From positions 32,001 through 96,000 of the IMG/VR virus record IMGVR_UViG_3300044620_000592: 64,000 nt of DNA. One strand, 5' to 3'. Shown in pieces: positions 39,416-49,096 of the stretch. This DNA is from a virus. Both the position numbers and the translations under genes were made by a program. Each line of letters starts with the position of its first letter. Position 1 is the stretch's first letter. The notes under the pieces were generated by a model. The model saw only the letters and a program-made list of their open reading frames with translations. It ran no database searches and had not been told where the DNA came from.

Positions 39416-40429
39416 TCAATTGAATGTATTTTGATAATCTTTGTATCTTTCAAGAATCTTATCAGCAACAGAATCCCAAGACCATTCAGAATGAATAATT
39501 CTTGCAGACTTCATAGCAAAGTCTGAAATTTCATCATATTCATTAACAACACTTTGCATGGTTTTTAAAAGTTCGTCAATATCTGGAGAGGCCCATAGAC
39601 CTGTATCATCATTGTATACATGGTCATGCCAAGAGGCTTTTGTCATTGTTGCTGAAATAGGAATACCCAGATGGGCATAGTCTGTACAGCCAGTAGCGTT
39701 TGTAATAATGGTTGGAAGTCCTGTAGCCATTGACTCTAAAGGAATCAAGCCAAAACCTTCTCCGCTTGTTGGATAAACCATACAATGACATTTATGATAA
39801 AGCCGTACTAATTCATCCGTAGTAAAGATGTCTGGTATCCCAACAATTTGAGGATGCTCAATTGCATTTACCAAATTACCATTAATATAAACTTCTGCAT
39901 GACAGAAGTTGTTATATTTAAGAACTAGCCTATAATCATCATCACCATCATAGAGTTCTAGGAAAGCGTCTACAACAAGTTGTGCATTCTTTCTTTTAGA
40001 ATCTCCACCGACATGAAGGAATACAAATCTATTTGTTAACTCTCTCTCATAAATTTCCCATTCTGGAGTAACTCCATGAGGTATTACATGAATATTTGTA
40101 TGAACCTTATTCTGAAGATAGATATCTTTAACAAAATTAGATGTTGCCCAGATTTCATCACACTGAGACATATGGTAAAACCAGTTTTTTGGTACTTTAG
40201 TTGACTCCCAAGGAGTATAACCTACTTTATATTTATTTTTTAATCTATAATATAAAGGACTACAAAAGTTAATGTGATAATCAATTTCTTCTCTGCTATA
40301 AAAAACAGCAGTTTCTTTTTTCTGAAGAGCCAAGATGGTATTAATACCAGCATTGTAATAACCTTGGCTATACCAAAGTTCTCCAGATTCATCTAAATTG
40401 TTGAGGCTAAACCAGCTAATTTTATTCAT
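39416..40429 (-). CDS. Glycosyltransferase family 4 (GT-B)
   Basis: YTPWEST, RKN, GEGFGLIPLESMATG (E-x7-E). Confidence 0.88.
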   Translation of the reverse strand: MNKISWFSLNNLDESGELWYSQGYYNAGINTILALQKKETAVFYSREEIDYHINFCSPLYYRLKNKYKVGYTPWESTKVPKNWFYHMSQCDEIWATSNFVKDIYLQNKVHTNIHVIPHGVTPEWEIYERELTNRFVFLHVGGDSKRKNAQLVVDAFLELYDGDDDYRLVLKYNNFCHAEVYINGNLVNAIEHPQIVGIPDIFTTDELVRLYHKCHCMVYPTSGEGFGLIPLESMATGLPTIITNATGCTDYAHLGIPISATMTKASWHDHVYNDDTGLWASPDIDELLKTMQSVVNEYDEISDFAMKSARIIHSEWSWDSVADKILERYKDYQNTFN

Positions 40430-40439
40430 TAATCTTTAC

Positions 40440-40673
40440 TTATATTTGATCTTCAGCAAATGCGTTTAAACATACTACACCTTTTGCAATCAATGCATGG
40501 GCAGTTTCTTCAGAAATTTCACAAGTAATTGGGCGATCAGAGTACATACATCTTGTCGCAGCCATATAAAAATCACCAAAACTAAATACAGTAATGTGAT
40601 CAGGGTCAACAATAATGGCAGGGCCGTAGTCATCAGACTCAACAACCGCAATTATTTCCATAGTATCAATCAT
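40440..40673 (-). CDS. Hypothetical protein
   Basis: Acidic ORF; likely start MIDTMEII. Confidence 0.55.
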   Translation of the reverse strand: MIDTMEIIAVVESDDYGPAIIVDPDHITVFSFGDFYMAATRCMYSDRPITCEISEETAHALIAKGVVCLNAFAEDQI

Positions 40674-40857
40674 AGCATTCTTATAATTCTTTATAAACAA
40701 TATAATCTAAGTACTATAAGTACTTAAAGCACACTTAGCATACTAGGAGTACTACGCATGCTGACATGCTTTAGCATACAGCAGTTGTCAAATCAATGTG
40801 TCCAAGAAAAGACTTTTTTTAAAGAATTTTTTGAATTCTTCATGGTAGGATTTCATC

Positions 40858-41556
40858 ATGAGTTACAAGAATACAGTATTTGATGTTTTAGATCACGGAG
40901 AAGTTGAACTTTTAGATGTGATGGGCAACGATGTTGCCATTGTTAACGCAGCGAAGGTTTCTTTTGCTGCACAGGTCAAGGAGATGGATGAATCTTCAAT
41001 TGGCTTAATTAATTACCTTATGAAGAATAAGCATGCTACTCCGTTTGAGCATGTTATTTTTAAGTTTAGAATTAAGGCTCCAATTTTTGTAACGAGAGAG
41101 TGGATGAGACATAGATGGTCATCATTTAACGAAATGAGTATGAGATATCATGTTCCTCCAGTTATTGATTATTATATTCCTGCTTATGACAAAATTAGAA
41201 AGCAAACTGGAAAACCCGGCGCTTATAAGTTTGAAGAAATTGAAGATCTAGAAGTTAAGGAACTTGTATATTACAACTTTCAAAATGTAATCAATCAGGC
41301 AGATAAGGCTTATCACACTCTTCTAGAGGCCGGTGTTGCTAAAGAGATTGCTCGATGTGTACTGCCAGTAACTCAATATACAGAGTTTATTTGGACAGTC
41401 AATGCAAGATCTTTAATTAATTTCTTGAGCTTGAGAAATGAAGAAGCTGCTCAGTACGAGATTAGAGAGTTTGCGGAGATTATTGAGATGTTGTTTGCTT
41501 ATGCTCTACCATTTACTCACATGGCTTTTACAGGTTCTGGCAGAACAGCAATTTAA
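40858..41556 (+). CDS. thyX: FAD-dependent thymidylate synthase
   Basis: HATPFEH, RHRWSSFNEMSMRY signature, AQYEIR; leaderless -10 TAGGAT. Confidence 0.95.
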   Translation: MSYKNTVFDVLDHGEVELLDVMGNDVAIVNAAKVSFAAQVKEMDESSIGLINYLMKNKHATPFEHVIFKFRIKAPIFVTREWMRHRWSSFNEMSMRYHVPPVIDYYIPAYDKIRKQTGKPGAYKFEEIEDLEVKELVYYNFQNVINQADKAYHTLLEAGVAKEIARCVLPVTQYTEFIWTVNARSLINFLSLRNEEAAQYEIREFAEIIEMLFAYALPFTHMAFTGSGRTAI

Positions 41557-41559
41557 TAA

Positions 41560-41838
41560 ATGAGGGTTGTTAATTATCCGCATGATTATGAATTAAATGA
41601 TATTCATAGCTTATCAATAACAATTAAAGCCGTTCCATTTGAGGGTTACTTTGTACCAGCATTTGTAATTACATCTCCAGAGGATGACTATGAAATAACA
41701 ATTGACGAGCTTAACTGTTTAATGGATGGTATTGAGATTGCAACGAAGAAAATTGACGATATAATAGATTTTATATTAAGAAATAAGGTTTTTAATCAAA
41801 AGGAGGAACCAGATGTTGATGGGGAGAGTGATTCCTGA
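41560..41838 (+). CDS. Hypothetical protein
   Basis: 92 aa in operon. Confidence 0.55.
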   Translation: MRVVNYPHDYELNDIHSLSITIKAVPFEGYFVPAFVITSPEDDYEITIDELNCLMDGIEIATKKIDDIIDFILRNKVFNQKEEPDVDGESDS

Positions 41839-42100
41839 TTTTCCATATCCGGTAAAGCTATGTCCATACTGCAATCGTCAGCTTGTAGTGGTTAATGCCA
41901 TTCATTGGCATGAAGACCCATATCAGTTTAAAGCCGTGTATTTAGACCCTAATCCAAAATGTCCGGTCTATGATGAAGAAGCTCTTCAGGCTTATGCGAG
42001 AATTTATTACACATCTGAAGATGCTTTCAATTACTTTAGAGATGTCCAGATTCCTGTCCAAAGATGGAGTCAAGAAGATTTATATTCTATTTATCAATAG
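41813..42100 (+). CDS. Hypothetical Zn-ribbon-like protein
   Basis: CPYC motif. Confidence 0.55.
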   Translation: MLMGRVIPDFPYPVKLCPYCNRQLVVVNAIHWHEDPYQFKAVYLDPNPKCPVYDEEALQAYARIYYTSEDAFNYFRDVQIPVQRWSQEDLYSIYQ

Positions 42101-42123
42101 TTTAATGGTATAATTAGTCTACT

Positions 42124-43104
42124 ATGCCTGTAAATCCTTGCTCTGAAAATGGAAACCCCGGATTTAAATGGGGAGATAGTGGAAAGTGCTATATCTACAC
42201 TCGCGGTGACACGGAATCGATGGGTGAGGCAAAGCGCAAGGCAACTGTTCAGGGACTTGCAACTGGCGAGTATGAATCCGAGAAGTCCTTTGATGAAGAG
42301 CAGTTGGAGCAAACTTTAAAGTCATTAAAAGAATGGTTTAAAGAAAAATGGGTTGACATCTCAAGACCAAAACCCGGTGGTGGATTTGAACCTTGCGGTC
42401 GTAGCGATGCAAGCACTGGTAAATATCCAAAGTGCGTTCCTGCGTCAAGGGCAGCTCAAATGAGTCCTGAGCAGATTGCGTCTGCTGTACGTAGGAAAAG
42501 AACTGCTGAGGCAACTCAAGCAAGAGATGGCAAGAAGCCAATATATGTGTCTACAGATAAAGAAAAAATAGAAAAAGCCAATACTCCTATTGATCCTGAA
42601 CTTTATGCAAGGGTTAAAGCGGAGGCAAAGGCTAAATTCGATGTATATCCTTCAGCCTATGCAAATGCATGGCTTGTTCGAGAATATAAAAAAAGAGGAG
42701 GAGGTTACAGAGTGACAAAAGAAAATGTGGAAAAAGTCGCAGAAGATCTTGCAGAAGAAGAAGCTGCACTTGCAGATGCTTTAATAACAATTGCATCAAA
42801 TTATGGCAAGTTTAATGAAGATGAAACCGGCATTTGGGCTGGCTATGATGAGCCAGACGAAAATGAGGTTAAAGACATTGGAGTTAAATGTGCGAATTGT
42901 GTTCTATATGAGGGTGATGGCATTTGTAAAATTATTGCCCAAAAAGTAGAAGAAGAAGGAAAATGCAGATTTGCTGTAATTCCAGATGGACTCGTAAAAC
43001 CAGAAATGGAAGATGAATACGAAGAAGAGGATGACGAAGAAGAAGATTCAATGTCTACCCTCGTCTCTATGCTTAGAGATTTATTAAATAATAAGGAGAA
43101 ATAA
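42124..43104 (+). CDS. Multi-domain protein (DUF5872-like basic domains plus C-terminal 4-Cys HiPIP-like domain)
   Basis: LKEWFKEKW..KCVP; PSAYANAWLVREYKKRGGGY; CANC..C..C; promoter GGTATAAT upstream. Confidence 0.6.
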   Translation: MPVNPCSENGNPGFKWGDSGKCYIYTRGDTESMGEAKRKATVQGLATGEYESEKSFDEEQLEQTLKSLKEWFKEKWVDISRPKPGGGFEPCGRSDASTGKYPKCVPASRAAQMSPEQIASAVRRKRTAEATQARDGKKPIYVSTDKEKIEKANTPIDPELYARVKAEAKAKFDVYPSAYANAWLVREYKKRGGGYRVTKENVEKVAEDLAEEEAALADALITIASNYGKFNEDETGIWAGYDEPDENEVKDIGVKCANCVLYEGDGICKIIAQKVEEEGKCRFAVIPDGLVKPEMEDEYEEEDDEEEDSMSTLVSMLRDLLNNKEK

Positions 43105-43105
43105 A

Positions 43106-43486
43106 ATGAAATACAACATTGATAAAATGATTCAAGATCATGACGCAATGAAGTCTTGGCATGAGGGTATGGCTAAATCAGCCGCCGATAGCATGCAGGA
43201 CCATATCAAAGCAGCTGCTTGGCATAACTCACAGGCTGACATTATGAAGTCTATGATGAGCGAAGTACCTCTTGATCCAGAAAAGAAGGTTACAACCATT
43301 CCTACCGCTGGATCAGCACAAACACCAGTTTCTGGTGCCGGTATGACAGCACCAACAAAGCAGATTGCTCTTGACCCAGAAGTTAAGAAGTCTGACTTGG
43401 TTGCTATTCTTAGCGAGCATGTAGCTGAATATGGCGATTTCGACATGGAAGTTGAAGCCATTGCTAAATTCCTTTTGAACGACTAA
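43106..43486 (+). CDS. Hypothetical protein
   Basis: 126 aa with SD AGGAG. Confidence 0.6.
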   Translation: MKYNIDKMIQDHDAMKSWHEGMAKSAADSMQDHIKAAAWHNSQADIMKSMMSEVPLDPEKKVTTIPTAGSAQTPVSGAGMTAPTKQIALDPEVKKSDLVAILSEHVAEYGDFDMEVEAIAKFLLND

Positions 43487-43677
43487 TGGATGCAAGCATT
43501 ATTGGTGTAGTAATTGCAGGAGTGTTTTCTGTTCTTGTTACTCTTATTCAGAAAACAAGAAAAGAAAATAAAGAAGATCATAACATGGTCTACGACTCAC
43601 TTCAAAACTTACACGATGATGTTCGTTCGGTTAATGAGAAATTAGATAATCATATTGATTGGCATTTGAATAAATAA
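43486..43677 (+). CDS. Small single-TM coiled-coil protein (holin-associated type)
   Basis: N-terminal TM then ENKEDH..KLDNHIDWH. Confidence 0.55.
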   Translation: MDASIIGVVIAGVFSVLVTLIQKTRKENKEDHNMVYDSLQNLHDDVRSVNEKLDNHIDWHLNK

Positions 43678-43685
43678 AAAGTCTA

Positions 43686-43749
43686 GAGCGTCTCTTGGTA
43701 GTGATATTTCGAAAGATTATTACTAACTCCAAGAGACGCTCTTTTTTTT
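43686..43749 (+). terminator. Intrinsic terminator
   Basis: agagcgtctcttgg...ccaagagacgctct followed by T-run. Confidence 0.75.
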
Positions 43750-43814
43750 GCAAACTCGATGAAAATGCCCTGATTATCTGATATGATTCTTGAACATCTC
43801 AACAAAAGGAAGAA

Positions 43815-44240
43815 ATGCTTACAAAAGAACAAGAAAACAATCTCATTTCAAGAATCCCAAAAGGAACGATTGAAGAAGATTTGCGTGTTGCCTACTCTGT
43901 TATTGCTGGTTTGAGAGATGATAAATCACCAGCACAAGTTTCTGCTTACTACTCAGCTTCAATCGAATCTGTGAACAAATGGTTCCAGTTCTTTGAGGTT
44001 GAAATTCCCGATGGCGCGTCTAAGAAGGGCAAAGGTCGAAAGGGTAAAGACTTGTCGGCCTATATGAAAAACAATACCGGAAGAGTAATTACTCCAAAAA
44101 TTGTTGCTGACGAGGTTGGGATATCTTTACCTACTTTTTATAATTATTATAATGCAAATAGGCACTTGTTTAAAAAAGTAAAAAGAGGAGAGTTCCAAAT
44201 TGCAGATCCAAAACAAGAAAGAGCGGAGAATAAGAAATGA
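43815..44240 (+). CDS. HTH DNA-binding protein
   Basis: ITPKIVADEVGISLPTFYNYY helix-turn-helix pattern. Confidence 0.6.
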   Translation: MLTKEQENNLISRIPKGTIEEDLRVAYSVIAGLRDDKSPAQVSAYYSASIESVNKWFQFFEVEIPDGASKKGKGRKGKDLSAYMKNNTGRVITPKIVADEVGISLPTFYNYYNANRHLFKKVKRGEFQIADPKQERAENKK

Positions 44241-44926
44241 GTTTGATTGAAAAGTCTTTGGCTGTTGATAGCAAAGTATTTGAAACATGGGAAGATGCTG
44301 ACAAATTTTGTGTATCTAAAATTTTTAGATTTTCAGAGCAGTGTGGTAATGCTTCTTTGTCACAGTGTATTGAACTTGTTGTAAATTCATCCACTATTTC
44401 TAATAACAACATATTTGCTTATATGACATTTAGAACAGATAATGAAATTGACTTCCTTAAAAGCATTATTGATCAATACCTAGAATCAGGGCTTGAAATG
44501 CTTGAGCCAAATTCTTTTAGCAGTCATGAAGAGTTGCAAACTGTTATTGAAGCACATCAAGCGATGTTTCTTCTCATGGCTCATAGCGCTATCAAGCTTT
44601 TTGACCAGCTTCAGAATGATGAAAGATACAAATCTTTTATAAATGTATTTCTCTCAGAAACAATGATTGCAGAAACTGTTGCAAAAAAACAGCGTGATTA
44701 TGGCCCAAACAATGTTTCAAAATTTGGAGTTTCCGGATTAGTTGTAAGAATTCACGATAAAATTGCAAGACTCGATAATCTCCTTTCTTCATCTAGGAAA
44801 GGACAGAACTCTGTAAAGAACGAAACTGTCTTTGATACATTGCTTGACATTGTTGGCTATTCAACGGTTGCTCTGCTTTGGGTTAATGGCTGGTTTCTCA
44901 CACCTATGAGTATTGATAAGCCATGA
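44237..44926 (+). CDS. DUF1599/nucleotide-modification-associated domain protein
   Basis: KKQRDYG..GLVVRIHDKIARL..DTLLDIVGYS. Confidence 0.7.
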   Translation: MSLIEKSLAVDSKVFETWEDADKFCVSKIFRFSEQCGNASLSQCIELVVNSSTISNNNIFAYMTFRTDNEIDFLKSIIDQYLESGLEMLEPNSFSSHEELQTVIEAHQAMFLLMAHSAIKLFDQLQNDERYKSFINVFLSETMIAETVAKKQRDYGPNNVSKFGVSGLVVRIHDKIARLDNLLSSSRKGQNSVKNETVFDTLLDIVGYSTVALLWVNGWFLTPMSIDKP

Positions 44927-45528
44927 CAACAATTGTTGGAATACAGGGTGATGGGTATTCACTGATTTGTACAGACTCAAGAGTTTCTTCATTTGATGAG
45001 GGAGGCATGGCCTACCAGATTACGACTCTTGGAACTGGAACATCAAAAGTTGCACAAAACGGTAGATACCTACTTGGAGCTGCTGGTGATGTTAGAGCTA
45101 TCAATATTCTTCATCATGTATTTATTCCACCAGCGCCTCCTTTTTCAGAAGGTGGTGTAAAACTAGATCATTTTATTACTCAGAAGTTTATTCCACAGCT
45201 TAGGAACTGTTTTGAAAATACTGGATATGCAATGCCAGATAATGACGCTAAAGATCATATTGCAGAACATTCATCTCAAATTCTTGTAGTTGTAAATGGT
45301 ACTATATATATTATTGATGGAGACTATTCTTGGACTTCGGACAAGACTGGAATCTATGCAATAGGAACTGGCTCATCGTATGCGCTTGGGGCATTATATG
45401 CATTGTCAAATGGAAAAGAAATGACAATGCCAAAAGCCAAAGTAGCAATTAATAAAGCTTTATCAATCGCTTCTAAATTTGATCCGTATACAGGGGCTCC
45501 GTTCCAAACTTTTATACAGGAGCAATAA
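44923..45528 (+). CDS. HslV/proteasome-subunit-like Ntn hydrolase
   Basis: N-terminal MTTIVGIQG, DSR, GAAGD, AIGTGSSYALGAL. Confidence 0.8.
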   Translation: MTTIVGIQGDGYSLICTDSRVSSFDEGGMAYQITTLGTGTSKVAQNGRYLLGAAGDVRAINILHHVFIPPAPPFSEGGVKLDHFITQKFIPQLRNCFENTGYAMPDNDAKDHIAEHSSQILVVVNGTIYIIDGDYSWTSDKTGIYAIGTGSSYALGALYALSNGKEMTMPKAKVAINKALSIASKFDPYTGAPFQTFIQEQ

Positions 45529-45701
45529 TGCCGACATACCAATATAAGTGTCTTAATGGTCATGAATTTGAAGAGACTCGAAAGATAAACGAAGACCAAA
45601 AAATAACCCTCTGTTCAGAGTGCGGACACGCTCTTAAGCAGGTATACTCATCACCGGGTATCCAGCTTAAAGGCGGGGGCTTCTATCGTAATAATCGATA
45701 G
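45528..45701 (+). CDS. FmdB-family Zn-ribbon protein (57 aa, not in ORF track)
   Basis: MPTYQYKCLNGHEFE..CSECG..FKG-like QLKGGGFY. Confidence 0.75.
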   Translation: MPTYQYKCLNGHEFEETRKINEDQKITLCSECGHALKQVYSSPGIQLKGGGFYRNNR

Positions 45702-45772
45702 TGTATAATTATTACGACACCTCTGTGTCTGTTGCGCGAGTGCAGGCTACCTTGAGGATCGTTATAGTTACG

Positions 45773-45811
45773 CCAAAGCCCCGTGTTTAAAAGCATGGGG
45801 CTTTGGTTTTT
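45773..45811 (+). terminator. Intrinsic terminator
   Basis: ccaaagccccgtg...catggggctttgg then TTTTT. Confidence 0.7.
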
Positions 45812-45822
45812 ATAGGAGAAAT

Positions 45823-47058
45823 ATGGCTATTAATGTAAATGATATGGAACTACCTTATGTTCCGGCAAAGATTATTAAATCAGATTTAGATGCATACGAT
45901 CAATTTCTTATTGGAATTGATGCGCGTGAAAAAAGTTGGATTGCAACAACTAATCTTTCATATATAATTTTAGATCATGATCATTCTTTTAAAATGTCAA
46001 GAGATACAAGATGGCATAATGGCTTATCACTTTTAAGTGATTTAAATCCTCATTTTGATGAAAAAACAAAAGAAGGTCGAAGAAAAATAATTATAAATCT
46101 TGAAGGTAATGACCATCTGAGATTGAAGAGAATTATTGGACCAGTCTTTTCTCCTAAAAATGCAGACTCATTAAGGCCAGATATGGAAAAAGCCATTAAT
46201 GAGATTATTGATGCCGTTATTGAAAGTGGTGAATGTGATTTACAAAAGGATATATTTAATAAATATCCGTCATATATTATTACAAAAATACTTGGTATTC
46301 CAAATTCTGATTGGGAAGAGTTTAGTAGATGGGCTGATATTACATTTAGTACATTTGCAGGCAACTATGACCAAGATCCAGAAGAAGTTCGCAATACGCA
46401 AAAGAAACTTGATAAGTACACTCAAAATTTAGTATATGAAAAAAGAAACAATCTTGGAAATGACCTTGTGTCGATGTTAATCACTGCAGAATCCGATGGG
46501 GAAAAATTAACCGATTCTGAGATTGTGCATTTAATTCAAGCGGTTTTAATGGGTGGACTTGATACGACAAAGCATCAGTTAGGTCTTATTTCAATAATGT
46601 TAGCAGACCAGCCAGAACTAATTGATATGTTATCTAAAGATATAAATGTTCAAGAAATTATTGAAGAGTCAATTCGGTTAGATGGTGTATTTAAATATGT
46701 GATAAGAGTTGCATCTGAAGATATTGAATATAATGGCGTTTTGTTCCCTAAGGGTACAATTATCTCTCCAGCATTAATGGTTGGTAATTACGATGAGTCG
46801 ACATTTAATGATGCTGGAAGCTTTATGGTAGATAGACCAAACAGGAAGGGCGCAACTCTTTCATTCGGAGCTGGAATTCATTATTGCCTAGGTGCATCTA
46901 TAGCAAGAGCTCAGATACAAGAAGCTATGAGGGCTATTGCAAAAAGAATGCCGGACTATCAGATCAATGGGGATGTTGTGTATAAGAAAGCATATGAAGC
47001 AGTATGGGGAGCCAGATCCCTCCCTGTTAAATTTACTCCAGGGAATAAAAATGCCTGA
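45823..47058 (+). CDS. Cytochrome P450 (bacterial soluble type)
   Basis: I-helix GGLDTT, K-helix EESIR (ExxR), heme motif FGAGIHYCLG; SD AGGAG. Confidence 0.93.
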   Translation: MAINVNDMELPYVPAKIIKSDLDAYDQFLIGIDAREKSWIATTNLSYIILDHDHSFKMSRDTRWHNGLSLLSDLNPHFDEKTKEGRRKIIINLEGNDHLRLKRIIGPVFSPKNADSLRPDMEKAINEIIDAVIESGECDLQKDIFNKYPSYIITKILGIPNSDWEEFSRWADITFSTFAGNYDQDPEEVRNTQKKLDKYTQNLVYEKRNNLGNDLVSMLITAESDGEKLTDSEIVHLIQAVLMGGLDTTKHQLGLISIMLADQPELIDMLSKDINVQEIIEESIRLDGVFKYVIRVASEDIEYNGVLFPKGTIISPALMVGNYDESTFNDAGSFMVDRPNRKGATLSFGAGIHYCLGASIARAQIQEAMRAIAKRMPDYQINGDVVYKKAYEAVWGARSLPVKFTPGNKNA

Positions 47059-47707
47059 GTTAAATGCAAACACACCACCAATTCATTGCTATGTGAGGGG
47101 CAACTTTTTGACGAACCAAAAACACAGTCATGATATGAAGTTCCCTGTTGTTATCTTTGGTGTCGCTTCTATTACAGATAGAGCACCGGTATTTCATTTT
47201 CTTATGGAAGATGGCGGAGTTTGGTGGAGAGCGCCAATTAGTGCTTTCTGTATGAGGGAAGATAGCCCTGTTGTTGATATTCACGATTTAGTGATGTGGA
47301 ACTGTTTCTCTCCATACATCACTGTCACCACATTTGAGCACATGCGAGGCAGATCAATGACCTATGTGGACCGGCATAAAGAAGATGTAAATGGAAAATA
47401 CCTATTCACTCTAGACTGGCATCATCCGGATAACAATATTGTTGACTCTAATTATTCAATTAACTCAGCCAATCATAAATGCGGTCATGTGATTGAGCGA
47501 GAAGATGGTAACTTTGCTATCCAACCTAACAATCGTGTGCATCTTTGGGATCCTTCACATACAACCAAAAAAGGTGTTCATCTGATTGACCGTGAAGTAA
47601 GTGATTACATCTGGGGAGTTGAAGATGGCTCTAAATGGTTGACATCCGATGATTACGCATATAATTACGATGTTCAGAATGTGGAGAATAAAAAAAATGT
47701 CAAATGA
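47051..47707 (+). CDS. Conserved phage hypothetical protein
   Basis: Start re-called at MPELNANTPP; WNCFS, YLFTLDW, HKCGH, QPNNR. Confidence 0.65.
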   Translation: MPELNANTPPIHCYVRGNFLTNQKHSHDMKFPVVIFGVASITDRAPVFHFLMEDGGVWWRAPISAFCMREDSPVVDIHDLVMWNCFSPYITVTTFEHMRGRSMTYVDRHKEDVNGKYLFTLDWHHPDNNIVDSNYSINSANHKCGHVIEREDGNFAIQPNNRVHLWDPSHTTKKGVHLIDREVSDYIWGVEDGSKWLTSDDYAYNYDVQNVENKKNVK

Positions 47708-47978
47708 ATATGAGGCAACAATTCGTGATATGCAAAAGAGCATTGACGAATACGAAAAGAATCTGAGCAACTGGATGAAGGTAGCAGAAAAGTACTCAAT
47801 TGACGCTACACTTGCTAAGATGGAAAGGGATACATATCTTTCCATGATGAAAGAAGTTCACAGGGCAGTAGCCAATGTAGGCCCGGTTCCTCAATACCAC
47901 GCCCATGTGATGAGAAAACATCGGGCTGAATGGCCTACACTGTGGAAAGCTATTGATAGGATTCTTGATAGTCTTTAA
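47697..47978 (+). CDS. Hypothetical coiled-coil protein
   Basis: Start MSNEYEAT; EWPTLWKAID. Confidence 0.55.
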   Translation: MSNEYEATIRDMQKSIDEYEKNLSNWMKVAEKYSIDATLAKMERDTYLSMMKEVHRAVANVGPVPQYHAHVMRKHRAEWPTLWKAIDRILDSL

Positions 47979-47981
47979 CTC

Positions 47982-48053
47982 TCGGAGATTGTGTAATTGG
48001 CAGCACAAATGGTTTTGGTCCATTTAGTCAGGGTTCGAGTCCTTGTCTCCGAA
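47982..48053 (+). tRNA. tRNA-Gln (UUG)
   Basis: Acceptor TCGGAGA/TCTCCGA, anticodon arm AATGG-TTTTGGT-CCATT, T-loop GGTTCGAGTCC; no encoded CCA. Confidence 0.9.
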
Positions 48054-48055
48054 CT

Positions 48056-48268
48056 ATGGAAAATAAAAAACAAACAACTTCAGTTACAACCATTCTACTG
48101 GTTGTATTTGTAGTATTAAAGTTAACCAATAATATTGACTGGTCATGGTGGTGGGTATTGTCCCCCATCTGGATTCCAATTGCCTTTATTGCAGTAATTG
48201 CAATATCCATTGGGATTCTAATGGCTTTGTTTGGGAGTAGGGAAGTTCATGAGTCTAACGGTAATTGA
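48056..48268 (+). CDS. Small membrane protein (WSWWWVLSPIW family)
   Basis: Two hydrophobic helices around LKLT..IDWSWWWVLSP. Confidence 0.7.
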   Translation: MENKKQTTSVTTILLVVFVVLKLTNNIDWSWWWVLSPIWIPIAFIAVIAISIGILMALFGSREVHESNGN

Positions 48269-48821
48269 AGATTTCATCCTCAAAGATAAACAAGACGAGC
48301 TTGAGGCTTATGTAAAGGACTCAAAGTTCCCTTACCGCTTTCATAAGATTCATAACTATGGGGCTGGAGGCGCAGCTTGGGGAGAAGATCTCCAACTGAC
48401 CCATCATCTGATGATGTATGGGGAACATGACGTATCTCCACACTTCCCTATCATTGCTCCGTTGTATGACACCCTTACAAAATTGTATGGCAGTATCACC
48501 TTCTTCAGAGCGAAGGTCAACTGTACCTTCCCTAGCGTCACAATGTCTCCATATGCCCCTCAGGAGCCCCATGTCGATTTAAAATACGAGGATGGTCGTT
48601 CTGTTCCACACCTCGTATGTTTGTATTATATAAATAATGCGGATGGCCCGACATATTTTTATGACGGGAATGGTAGAATTACACATAAGATTGAACCCGA
48701 TAAGGGAACGGCGGTGATTTTTGATGGTAGTATTATGCATGCGGGCAGCAATCCGGTTAACTTCCCTTATCGATTCGCTTTTAACATTAATTTTAGGCAA
48801 GGTACAAGCGAAAAGCTTTGA
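48249..48821 (+). CDS. 2OG-Fe(II) oxygenase
   Basis: Start MSLTVIEDF; PHVD..LYYINNADGPT..FDGSIMHAG..RFAFNINF. Confidence 0.8.
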   Translation: MSLTVIEDFILKDKQDELEAYVKDSKFPYRFHKIHNYGAGGAAWGEDLQLTHHLMMYGEHDVSPHFPIIAPLYDTLTKLYGSITFFRAKVNCTFPSVTMSPYAPQEPHVDLKYEDGRSVPHLVCLYYINNADGPTYFYDGNGRITHKIEPDKGTAVIFDGSIMHAGSNPVNFPYRFAFNINFRQGTSEKL

Positions 48822-49096
48822 TATGATGATAAACAACAGCAAGGGTGGCCCAAAAAGGTACTATTCGCATGGCAAGCGTAGGAGCAATCGTGGCTTCCCC
48901 CAAAATTCGAAGGGTCACCGACTTTCCCACCTTATCCCAGCAAATTATGTCTATGTATATCCCATTAGAGAGAGTATGGAATGATAGAAAACATCATCAG
49001 TGGAGTTATCCTAGCCTCTATAGGAGTCTTATTCTATATTACTAATAAGACTGAAAAAAATTAAACCCGAAATTCAATTATAAAGAAAGAATTATT

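Noticed and set aside
46937-47050. Long overlap start for the gene after the P450
   Set aside because: It overlaps the P450 C-terminus by about 120 bp; ATG at 47051 gives a normal short overlap.
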